Of a stretch of 64,000 bases of DNA, positions 11,960 to 23,260 are shown piece after piece; within the stretch, counting starts at the first letter, position 1; every line of letters starts with the position of its first letter. Origin of the DNA: Bilabrum cf. latius (Eukaryota); contig OZ237756.1 of NCBI GenBank assembly GCA_965178125.1, positions 682,001-746,000 of the forward strand, given 5' to 3'. A program made the position numbers and the translations under genes. The notes below the pieces were generated by a model, which saw only the letters and a program-made list of their open reading frames with translations, had not been told where the DNA came from and ran no database searches.

Positions 11960-12095
11960 TGGTATATTCTGGTTTGGGTCTGAACCCATCATGGGTAGAA
12001 CAGACATGGACCGTTCCCCGCGCGAAGTCGTATGTGTATCTAGGGTTGCTGATATCGACGACGAGGATCCATGCCACAGCAGCAGAGCTTGGGCC
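11960..12095 (+). pseudogene. Left half of a non-LTR (LINE) RT remnant split by element B
   Basis: VPRAKSYVYLGLLIS resembles the RT domain-7 YLG motif; frame continues at 28892 when one GGGCC is removed. Confidence 0.5.
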
Positions 12096-13061
12096 GGGGG
12101 GGGACAACAGGTGGTGGTAGGTACACCAAGCGTTTAGGACGAGGGCTACGCTACGCTCGCCCCTCCTTTAAAGGCATATTTAGCAACTCAAGTGTTTCCC
12201 CTATAAACCTAAATGATTTCACAGGGGGTTCCCCAAGAACCCCTATAGAACCCCTCTATGTACCCATTTTCAGATATAAAATTTACTCCTACGAAGTAGG
12301 GGTAAATTGAAGAATTCTAATATTTAACCCCCTTATAAACTCTAACAGCAAAGACAGAGATGTTTTAGTAAAGTAGGAAAAAATGAAGAAATTAACCAAG
12401 TGTCCAAAATATCTCTGTGTTTGCTGTAGGAACGGAAGGATGAATTCCCAAGAGACCAAGAGACCAACCGAGGATTTCCCCAAGAGAACAAGGTATTTTA
12501 TCAAGAGACCGAGGTATGTTCCCAAGCGACAAACCGATAAACCGACCGATGAACCGACCGATGAACCGACCAAGGATTTCCCAAGATGCTCGGGCTTTGC
12601 CCTCCGCTCTTTTGATATCTTTTTCAAAGATTGGATTTCCCAAGGATTTCCCAAGCGACTAAATTGTTCTCCGAAGCAACCAAACCGATTACCCAAGAGA
12701 TGATACATTATAAGGAAAACGAAAACGTATTTTAAGTCCCTTTGGAAAAGTCCCCCAAGATGCTCGGGCTTTGCCCTCCGCTCTTTTGATATCTTTTTCA
12801 AAGATTAAAATTGAGAGATTTTACAGGTCAATTATAAGAGACTTAGAAAAAATAAATTAAGTTCCCAAGATGCTCGGGCTTTGCCCTCCGCTCTTTTGAT
12901 ATCTTTTTCAAAGATTAAAATTAAATGTTGTAATTCCTATGATGCCACCATAAAAATTAAAAGGAAAATAAAAAACAAATTATAATTGTTTTCCAATTAA
13001 AAACACAAAAATTGATTGAAAAATTTTGACAATATAGGATACAAAGAAATATTAAAATTAA
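12096..13061. repeat. Left TIR of element B
   Basis: Reverse complement of 27975-28886 with repeat-number indels. Confidence 0.92.
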
Positions 13062-13311
13062 TTTTCCAAGATGCTCGGGCTTTGCCCTCCGCTCTTTTGA
13101 TATCTTTTTCAAAGATTGGATTTCCCAAGAGATGATAATTAAGACCATTCTATATCACTATAGTAAATGAACCCATTTTTAAAGGAGTTGATGATAGAGC
13201 ATATTGTCAAGCAAATTAATCCACGTATTTGGAAAAAATTACACGAAAAACTAAAGGAATACAAGAAGCTCGGGCTTTGATATAAGTAGAAGACTATACT
13301 ATAAAGTACTT

Positions 13312-13596
13312 ATGAAGCTACATACCTACGATTTTGAAAAGGTTGTTGAGAATTTTCTATTTAAAGCACCCTCAAGACGCAAGAATAAGAAGTATGATGT
13401 TTTTGACGAAAATGATGAATATATTACATCGTTTGGTGATAGGCGGTATTAGCAATTTTACGATAGAATAGGGTATTACAGCCATTTAAATCATTTAGAT
13501 ACGGACCGCCAATTTAGATACTTCAAACGACACGGTATCGAAGTAAAACCAAGAACCCCAAAGTTCTTCTCACATTTTTACCTTTGGAGTTCATAA
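13312..13596 (+). CDS. DUF5754-like small viral protein
   Basis: 94 aa; SRRKNKKYDV..SFGDRRY..H.D..R..Y..RH..LW pattern recalled from giant-virus/virophage proteins. Confidence 0.7.
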
Positions 13597-14127
13597 ATGA
13601 CACGTCAATAAATACACTAATTCATCAGGATTTAATGTATGTTTCTTACAAACCTTATCCACCCACTTTTTATACTAATCAGCGTTTTTTCCCCTATTCC
13701 AAAGACGAACTATACAATGTCTCCCGCAGGTTGCTATATCCATTCCATCCGCCTAAAACTAATATGGGTTATAGTCAATCTTATACGGAGAATGATACAT
13801 TAAATATATTAACTCAGGGTCTTCATAAAAACGTTTCCGCACGCTTTCACTCATTGTGTGCTATTGCCTATCAGGACGAATTCCATAACTGTCAAAGAAG
13901 TATATTGTTTTATTACGCTTAAATAAGCACACCCAGTGTCCAGAATTTATTTCTTCTTGGTATAGAATGATACAACAATTACAACGACTAAATAATCCAT
14001 CAATACTATTGTACTATCCTAATTCTGTATATGGAACGATGTTTACCGACGTAGGAAGAAACCCCTTAATATTTGGTGGAGTTTGGAGGAGAACACGAAT
14101 ATCACTATCGCTAAGAGCATAATCCAT
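13591..14127 (-). CDS. Adenain-like maturation cysteine protease
   Basis: 178 aa; same H-D-Q-C motifs as 5543-6097; ends YLLTCHL-TGA. Confidence 0.92.
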
Positions 14128-14316
14128 ATATATTTATTATAGAAACATATATTGGGGGAGATGAATTCTCTTAACCACTATTTAAGCGTAGAAGTATTTC
14201 TACAAAATCCGTTTTGGAATTTGTGGATAGCATAAAAGACAATCATTCAAAATAAGTTTTCAACAAAAAGACAAAACACTTTAGAAAAAATAAAAACATA
14301 TAGTAAATACACTAAA

Positions 14317-15219
14317 ATGGCTCATTTTTCTTGGAAGGAAACTACAAAATCAACACCCATCGCATATGACACTCACGGAAAACGTATTTTATACACGGCG
14401 GAAAACACAGACAACCAATTTGGAGATGATAGTATGTCATTTTAGGATTTTCAAGTATCATCACTTACAGGGAAACGATTTCCGCAGAGGAAAATGGATT
14501 TATTAGCACGACACTTAATCAAACAGGTCGAACCCCTAGACGAAGACATCAAATACTTGTATGAAAAAGCATAGGAAAAGAAACATAAAGAGATTACATT
14601 AAAATAGGGTGAATTCCAATCATTACCAAATCCAAAAGGAAGAGAGGTCATTTATATCACCGCACCATCAGGTGCTGGGAAGTCTACTTGGGTTTCCAAA
14701 TATGCTAAGAATTATCACAGAATGTTTCCAAACAGGAGAATTATTTTATTTTCACGAGTATAGTAGGATAAAGTCTTAGATGAAGTGAAAGGACTGAAAA
14801 GGATTATTTTAAATGAGGAACTGGTGGAGAACCCGATTGATATTCATTAGGAATTAAGGGACGCCTTAGTAATCTTGGATGATATTGATACAATCAAAGA
14901 TAAGAAGTTAAGGGAAGCCCTCAATCATTTACAGGATGAAATATTGTAGGTTGGAAGACATTCGAATACTTCTGTATTAATCACAAGTCATTTATCTACC
15001 AACTATAAAAGTACCCGAATTATTCTTGCGGAAAGTCATAAGTTCGTTATATTCCCTTAGTGTTCTTCCGCACATTCTCTAAGGTATTTACTAAAAAATT
15101 ATATAGGACTTGAGAAACAAGAAATCTCTAAAGTCTTAAAAATGCCTTCTAGGTGGGTATGTGTCCACAGGAATTACCCGAGGTATTTATTAGGAGAAAA
15201 GTAGGCTTACCTTATGTAA
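14317..15219 (+). CDS. Packaging ATPase
   Basis: 300 aa with 9 in-frame TAG; APSGAGKS, LVILDDID, IL[Q]VGRH. Confidence 0.94.
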
Positions 15220-15248
15220 TTTTGGTCAAACTTGTTATAAAAGTTTCT

Positions 15249-15488
15249 TTAAATAATATTCTATTCTCGTATATACCGACTTGCTTGAGGTAAACTCATA
15301 CCAGTCTACTACATCACCATTTTTACAAGTTTATTGCGGCGTTTCATTTTGGCGCTCACTTTCCGCTTAGGCTTACTACGGCCTTTTCCAACTTTAATAT
15401 GTTTGTTTTTAACTCTATTTAAAGCGTCTTGTTCTTTCTATAGCGCGAGTTGTTTGGTTCTCTATATAATCCACTTATCAATATCCAT
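15249..15488 (-). CDS. Small basic putative core protein
   Basis: Ortholog of 3783-4022. Confidence 0.7.
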
Positions 15489-15551
15489 TATACTATACAC
15501 AAACACTTTTTTTTATTTTTTGGTCAAGCTTTTTATAAAAGCTTATAGTAA

Positions 15552-16733
15552 ATGAAAACTGCTAAAGTGAATGCTCTTATTCAGCAAGCCCTAGAAAGGG
15601 AACTGGACAATGCTAAAATGTTAGATTTACAGGCAAGGGACGACGTAGATTTAGAAACAGAATATAGTGATTTTATAAGGAAAAGGGCAAAAATTGAACG
15701 ATTAAAAGAAAGTGGAAGGTATGGAACTCCAGCGTAGAGAAAATAGGCAGACCAAAGCAACGAGGAAATCATATCTAAGTCAATATCTGGTATAATGAAA
15801 GGTATTATTGAGGGTAAAAATGTAAGTCCAGCAGTGAAAGCATTGAAGGATTTTGTTGGTAATATCAATATGTCTCCACAAATGAAGCAACAACTAGCCC
15901 GTCAATACGTAAATATTGAGAGATTTCAAAGGAAAGGCTACGAAGGACTGCAGAGAGTTCCAGCTGAAGACAGAAAACAACTCTTAGAATTAGGGAAAGT
16001 TATATAGGAGGCATCCGGACAACGAATACCGTAGGGAATGTTGGGAATTGATTAGTAGCCAACATCTTTACAAACACCTGCTCGAACAACAAGAAGAAAC
16101 ACGTTTTCCGCTCCAACACAAGTACAGCTTCCAAAAAGGTCTTCGGGTGCGTATAAATAGTTATTGGAAAGAGCCAGAGAAAGAATACAACAAGACAGAC
16201 CCTTAACTGAAAAACAACGAATAGCGTGGGATTTAGAATAGGGAAAGAATTTCTCACAAAGAACATCACAGGGGCAGACAAATATGTTTTAGCATTTTCA
16301 AGAGGGTTCAAGTAGTAATGCGTCAAAAACATCAAAAGACTTAGATGCCATATTAGCCGCAGCGAGCAATGAAAGACCACTACCGCAAGGAAGCACTCCG
16401 GGGGCGTGGGACCCAGAAACTGGTGAGTACTATGATATGCCGAGTAGGATAGAAATTGAGCAGGGAATTGGAAAACGTGCTACTAGACCTGTGTAGCGAT
16501 TTACGGGGTTTAGTCCGCCCTATGGAATTTAGTAGCCTGATTTAGAAGACCCACCATCACGCGCAATGACTGTAGAAGAAAGTGGAAAACCAAAAAAGGG
16601 GAAAGGATTACGAGGTGGAAAAAGGATTATCTATGATACAGCAATGAATGTAGCCAAGAAAGTAAAAGGAGCCGATAAAGATATTCATCATTAGGTTGCT
16701 ATGGAACTATTACATCTTTTAGGAAAAGATTGA
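15552..16733 (+). CDS. Hypothetical 393-aa protein, possible core precursor
   Basis: Open from ATG to TGA with only TAG interruptions; GKGLRGG near the C-terminus. Confidence 0.75.
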
Positions 16734-16798
16734 CCAAAACCTCTTATTTACATCTTTTGGCAACCTGATAAAAATTATTTCTGTGGATATACTATAAA

Positions 16799-17290
16799 AT
16801 GTCAGTTTCAAATCTTCTATCTAAGAACAGTCTAGACCTTATGTCTCAAACTATTACGTGTAATGTTGTGAGTAGCGACGCAATTAAAGTGTCCGCAATT
16901 ACTAACTCTACGGGAGCAGTCATAGGCAATCCAAGTATTGAATTCAAAGACGGAGAGCCTTATATGGAGTGGGGTGAAACTGTTCTACGGTTTGGAAAAA
17001 ACGGAGCGTCTGCTGGTTGTCAGTTCAGTATGAGCGAAGAAGGAGAAAGATGCGATATTTCACTAGTTGGTTCATTCAAGACTTCTCAAGAGGGTGTTGT
17101 TGGGCTGAGTGAGGTTGCTGGAGCTACATTGGCTGACGCTTCTACCCCTATTAATACGTCAGCAGAGCGAAAGTTCAAGGGCGCTTTAGTGTATAATGGA
17201 AGCGACAACGATGTCTATGTGGCGATTGGCAGTTCTTCTACATCTAGTTGGAAATCCTTAGTGTCAGGTTCACTTATTACACCATCTTAA
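16799..17290 (+). CDS. Hypothetical 163-aa Ser/Gly-rich protein upstream of penton (possible fibre/spike)
   Basis: Intact ORF; function guessed from position and composition only. Confidence 0.65.
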   Translation: MSVSNLLSKNSLDLMSQTITCNVVSSDAIKVSAITNSTGAVIGNPSIEFKDGEPYMEWGETVLRFGKNGASAGCQFSMSEEGERCDISLVGSFKTSQEGVVGLSEVAGATLADASTPINTSAERKFKGALVYNGSDNDVYVAIGSSSTSSWKSLVSGSLITPS

Positions 17291-17346
17291 TTATACTTTA
17301 GAAAAGTAATCAAACCCACCCCATAATTATAAACGTCTATAGTAAA

Positions 17347-18456
17347 ATGAGTTCTCCAGACCGATTTTACATTACCGCAAACATACGAAATAACGAAGAT
17401 ACTTTCCAACCAGCGACCTATAGCGAAACCCGCAAGTAGCCATTATTAGATAAGGATGTTGGTGATTATACGATGTCAGTATTCCGGTTTTCCATAAGCA
17501 CCAATTCAATACCTTTATGGGTTCCACACATAGAAACCGATAAAGTGAAAAATCCATCTTCAAATCCTAATCAAACGGTGTATAGAATAAGCATTACAGA
17601 TGAAGACGGAGTAAGTTTGTGGACCTCAAGCATTCAGTGGAGACCCTAGTTAACAGGGGAAAACCAACCATCATTTTCCAATCCTATGTAGTTTGTTCCT
17701 TATTATTATATGTATTCCGTGTAGCATTTTGTTGATTTATTCAACGAAACCATATAGAATGCTTTATCAGCGGATATTACATCAGTTCCGGTTTTACTCT
17801 TTAAAGATGGAAAGTTCAGTTTAGTAGCAAATCCCGATTACGACGAGGAAAACTCAGGACAGAAATTTAAATTAGTGTTGAACGAAGCCCTTAACGAACT
17901 GATGACGGGTTTTCCTATGGAACGAATGGATATCCAAGATGACGACTTATACGCAAGCATTCTATTCAAATCCTTAGGAACGAATGTTTTATTTGATGAT
18001 GGCTCTTCTGTTGGAAAATATGAACCTTAGGCATACTTCGAGGGAAACCCAACGGGAGACTACAGATTAATGATGACCTAGGAACGAGGGAGTTTAGTGT
18101 AGTTTTAGATTTTTCGCGGAATAGTTTTCACATCTTCAAGTCTTCCAGTGAGGAGTGAGGCAATATCCTAGAAATCCGCCTATGGACAATCCACTAATAC
18201 AGTTCAAAATTCAGGTTCAGGGACCGAGAGTTTATTAGTGGATATGGATTGTGTATTAGATGATACTGAAACAGTTAATTAGTAGGTTCTTCAATACCAG
18301 CCCCATATTCTCCACGAAATTGATTTTTTAGATACACATTCAGTAGATAGGATTTAGTTTAATCTATATTGGAAAGACAATTATTCAAATCTAAGACCTC
18401 TTTATTTACGCCACGGAAGTGTGAGTGTGAAGTTTTTATTTAAGAAACGGAAGTGA
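17347..18456 (+). CDS. Minor capsid protein (penton)
   Basis: 369 aa; YSETR..PLL....DY.MSVFRF..IP N-terminus and YWKD..L.PL...SVKFLFKKRK C-terminus typical of virophage pentons; directly before MCP. Confidence 0.85.
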
Positions 18457-18561
18457 AATTAGTTTTGTATTACTTTTATGAAGAAACGAGTTTGCGTTCT
18501 TTTCTAAAGAACTGAGTGATAGAATTTTATTCGTTGTATATAATATACAAGGAAAACAAAA

Positions 18562-20328
18562 ATGTCATTGAATACATTTGCCCTTCAGCCAGTCAAAGTA
18601 TCTCCCGCAACATTAGACGTACAACCAAAGCCTTATGAAGTTCAAGAAGGTTATGAGAACCGAACGTTTCGCAGATACGCTCCATCTGGTTCAGCCGGTA
18701 ATTATAATTCAGGTGTGAATTGGAATATTAGTATGCCTTCAGGTGTAGGTTTATGCCGCCGCGCATACGTGTCTTGCCGTTTTTCCATTACCTTTTCCGT
18801 GAATAATCAAACCGCAGGTGCTCTCGTACCATTTACACCAGATTACGATGCTCCACGCTCATATCCACTTAATCGCTCCATTGCAACACAGACAGTTGGT
18901 ATCAATAACATTCGCTTTACTTAGAATAACGCGGAAATAATGGACGTAGTGTCCCATTGTTTAGATGATGATGTTCATCGTGTGAATTGCCTTGATAGTG
19001 TGTATAGACGCGACAATGTGCCTTCATACGCGATGATGAGTTAGGCTACAAATAACGCTCTTGCTTCGTATGAGGACGTGCTTTAGGACCAACCCGCAAG
19101 AGGAAGTGGATTTTATAACTTGGTTCAAATGGATAACACTCCAGTGCCCGCAGGTCAAACGCAAAATCGTGTTCTTGTCTTTGAATGTACTGAGGCGGTT
19201 CTTTGCCCACCTTTCCATTACGAAAGTAAATAGGAACAACCAGCCATTTTCGGTTTAGAAACTCTTTCCTTGGATATCAATTGGTCGCAACTGAGTAGAA
19301 CCGTGTGGTCTCGTATTCCACAATAGGACTTAACTGCTACCGTTTAGTCGGTAGATGTCCAGAACCCCTATTTATACCTTGAATAGATTACCCCTAAAAC
19401 AGGGTTTGTCCTTCCAAAACAGGTATCCTATGATATTTTTGAAATGACTTCATATACTCAAAGCTATGGTGCAACAATCAGCGCAGGAACAACAGCAACT
19501 CTTACGAACAACAATATTAAACTTAGCAATTCAGTTCCATCTCGTCTATTTGTGTTTGCCCGTCGCTCACCTACCAGCGTCTCAGTAGATTAGGGAAACA
19601 CATTCCTTGGAATTGAGGGAATATCTATTGAGATGAATAACCAAAGTGGATTACTCGCAGATGCTTCACCTCAGTAGCTATGGGACTTATCCAGAAGCAA
19701 TGGACTTGAATAGCAATACGCGGAATGGGCTATGCGTAAATTCGGGGATAGGGTGCTATCAGGCGCAATTCTCTCCATCGACCCCGCCAAGGATTTGAGC
19801 CTAGATGTAGATTAGACAAATGGAAGCAACGGCTCTAACCAATTGTCTATCACCCTACGAGTGAAGAATAATGATGTTGTAGATTACCAAAATGTGTAGT
19901 GTGTGGTTGTGGGATTGTACGAAGGAGTAATGAATGTGATTGATGGTTCTAAGATTGAGTATTAGCAGGGTGTCATCTCACGGGCAGATGTTCTTTCCGC
20001 CTCTAAACTACCCGTAGTATATGAAAGTCAATTATCAGGACTACACGGTCGCGGTCTTGGGAAAAAGATTAGACACGCCTTAAAAAAGTTCGCACACAAA
20101 ACCGCTGATTGGGTAAAGAAAGGCAATCTCAAAAAAGTATTAAAGGATGGTAAGTAGGTATTTGACACCGCTAAAATGGTGGGTGAAATGGCTGGTATGG
20201 GACGCCAAAGGAAACCCCGAAAAACTACCAAGAAAGGCAAGGGCTTAACAGGTGCCAAGTTGGGTTCTGGATTAACAGGTGGTAAATCTCTCTCTCGCAA
20301 TCAATTACTCGCTATGCTCCAAGCTTGA
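18562..20328 (+). CDS. Major capsid protein (virophage double jelly-roll type)
   Basis: 588 aa with over a dozen TAG; YPLN..I, TEAVL.PPF, VPSRLFVFAR; basic Gly-rich C-terminal tail. Confidence 0.88.
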
Positions 20329-20383
20329 GTATGAAAAGGGTAAACCAATAAATATTTGTCTTGGTATATAGTATATCAAAACA

Positions 20384-21001
20384 ATGTCAGTATCATCTGC
20401 TGTAATGGTTGCTGGGACTTTGGCTCCTTTAATGTATTCTGGTAGTCGGTGTCTATATTCTTGGTGGACGAAAGACGGAACTTAGAAACAGAAATCCTGC
20501 GTGGTTGTTCCAAAAGGCTCTGGGAAAACTACTTTGTGTCGCTCTATAGAAAGTGTTGATAAAGACACTTTGGTCATTGACTTAGATGAATGCGTAAATG
20601 GTTAGATTTCAGGGTAGGAAAAATAGAAAATGGAGAAAATGCTAATTGATGGTGATGAAAGCACCCACCGTCTCTTTTATTACTCTTAGTCAAGATTAGT
20701 GTATGAAAAAATTAAAGCGGATTGGCTCACAAAGAAATCCAGGCGTTTAATTGTTATGGTTGGTTCGTTGGAATTAGCGAAAGATTTATTTAAGGAAAGT
20801 TCAATTTTTGTGTGTGTGCCTTCTCACAGTCTTTTTGAGGAAATCCGTGAAGGGAAAAAATCGGGGGACTTATTGTCTGTAGAACGCTCAAGAACGAATT
20901 TAATCGCTGGATTACATTAGAGTTAGTACTGTGTCTATTCATCCTTTTAGCAACTGGAGGAATTCGTCCGGAAAACCTTCGGTCTTGGAAGTCGTCTATG
21001 A
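20384..21001 (+). CDS. P-loop NTPase/kinase-like protein
   Basis: 205 aa; VVVPKGSGKTT, LVIDLDE; hydrophobic N-terminus. Confidence 0.7.
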
Positions 21002-21026
21002 GTTTTTTAATACAAGCCTATACTAA

Positions 21027-22283
21027 ATGGATAGTTTTTATACACTTAGTGGCGGAAAAATGAATTCTGGTTTTGTTAAGACGTACATTAGTGTCAAAGA
21101 ACCAAAGAGTAAAACAACAAGGACATGGAAAAGTGAACATCCTTATTCTAAAGAAGCCCTTGAAAAAGCAATTAAGTTTGAAGATGGTGTGCGAAGCACC
21201 CCCTCTCGGCGCAGTTAGCTGGCGCAACAGCTTAAAGATGGTGTGGGAACAAAAGGAAAACCAAAAAAGAAATCCTAGAAGAAATCCACACAATCCAACA
21301 CACTTCATTAGTATTTAAAAGATGGTTTGCGAAGCACCCCCTCTCGGCGCAGTTAGCTGGCGCAACAGCTTAAGGGTGGAGTAGTGTATGGGAATTCAAA
21401 CGAAGTCCAGAGAACACTACAGCAATACGGGGATAGAACAATTATAGCTATGAAAGTAATTAGAACCCCCATTAGTGGCGCGATTAATCGGTTGCTTAAC
21501 TGGATTACCCTTGGAAAAATGAAAAAGTTAAAAAATAAACACGGATATAATGATTTTTTTCACTTAGCCTTAGAGTTGAACCTTGGAGGTGGAAAAAAGA
21601 TTTATCTTGAGAAGAATGAGAGGGTTAATTTGTCCTCAAGATTTTCCACCAACAAGAAAACACAAACTATGGAAGTAAATATTAATGGAAAACCTTAGAA
21701 AACAGTAAGGGAATTATATGAAACCACTTTACAGAAAATAGGAGAATACAATTTTTATTAGTATCGTGCTTTCTCGTTGAATTGTCAAAAGTTCATTTAG
21801 GATGTTCTACGCACAAATGGGTTTTTGACACCACCCTTAAACCAATTTATTATGTAGGATGTAGAGAGTATTGCTAAGAACGTATCGGGATTTACTAAGA
21901 GAGTGGCTAATGCTGCTACTGATGTGGCTGGGTATTTTTCCAAATGGTTCGGGAGAGGTTTAGATGATTTACCGGAAGATGTAAGAAACGCTTTAAGAAA
22001 AAATTAGGAAAAGCATAAGTAGAACACAGAAAGGGATTTTGGACAAGATTTTAAGGAAGGTTGGGATTTAGCAACTAAAACAGTTGGAAGACCAATTATG
22101 AAAGAAATCCATTCGCATACGAATGACCCAGTATCGGGTATGTATCTGGAAATATTTGGAGGTCAATGTCAGTGTGAAACAAAACGTTCAAGAGTTATGA
22201 AAATGGCGTCCATTTTAAGAGGAAAAGGAATATCCAAGAAGACAGCACTTAAGTAGGCTTGGAAAATGTTTGCGTATGATTAA
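21027..22283 (+). CDS. Protein with putative permuted papain-like (H...NC) domain and basic tails
   Basis: 418 aa; FFHL..LEKNE..YRAFSLNCQKF; ~54-bp internal duplication at 21181 and 21319. Confidence 0.7.
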
Positions 22284-22303
22284 TTTATGATTGTGTATAG
22301 TAA

Positions 22304-22945
22304 ATGGCGGGTGTTGATGATTATACCGAAGAACAACTACATTTACTGGCTAGTTAGCCACATCAGAGTTTGGGGAAAGACGCTAGACAAGCACTAGCAA
22401 TTTTGAAAGGATTGAGGAAGCACTAGAGTATAGGGGAAAAGTACGCTAATCGTGTATATGTAAACCCTTAGGAAAGGGAAATGATGGAAATGCTCGCCGA
22501 AAAGACCGAACAAGAATTTGATACGCTAGGAATTGACAAAGATAGTGATGGTGATTATGACGTGGGTATACTAAAATTCTTATCACCATCACTACACGAG
22601 CAACACGACACAACACTTGATGATTTTAATTAGGCAATTCATAGAAAATATGCGTCAGAACGGAGAGATACTATGCGTGAATTTTTTGATGCTAGAGAGA
22701 AGGGAAATAGTTAGAAAGAACTATTATCATCGAGATAGGCTAGAGTAATGCGAATGGGTGGTGAAGTGCCTGATTGGGGCTCGAACGAAAGAGCGAAGTA
22801 GAGTTTTAAACCACAAAAAACTGGAAAAGGGAGGCGCCGTCGGAAAAACCCAAAAGCAAAACTAGCAATGAAAATCGCTCAGTAGTTAAGAGGTAGAGGA
22901 TATGGGAAAAGTGATGCTCTAAAAATTGCTTGGTAGAATGTATGA
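22304..22945 (+). CDS. Hypothetical protein with basic C-terminal motif
   Basis: 213 aa; GKGRRRRK..AMKIAQQLRGRGYGKSDALKIAW. Confidence 0.7.
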
Positions 22946-22986
22946 CTTAAATCTAACTCTATAGTATAATACTATAGAATACAAAA

Positions 22987-23259
22987 ATGACACTCAGTCA
23001 TTCAGAAAGAAAAGAACAGGATAAGCTGTATGCCCGTGAATACTACCGGAAAAACAAGGAAAAACTTGGAGAATAGATAAAGTGTTCCTGTGGTGGTGTA
23101 TATAAGAAGTACAATAAATCACATCATTGTAGAACCAAAAAACACCTTGATTGGCTTCAAAAAGAGGAAGACACAAAAAGGGAACAAATTAATATTATGG
23201 ATGAACTTGATAGTTTGCGATAGGAAATTTAGAGACTAAAGGAAAAGCAGACTATTTAA
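22987..23259 (+). CDS. Zn-ribbon/C2H2-like protein
   Basis: 90 aa; CSCGG.Y...NKSHH..TKKH. Confidence 0.75.
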
Positions 23260-23260
23260 T

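Noticed and set aside
12289-12801. ORFs within TIRs (also 7741-7944 and 28290-28694)
   Set aside because: They arise from short tandem repeats and differ in frame between TIR copies
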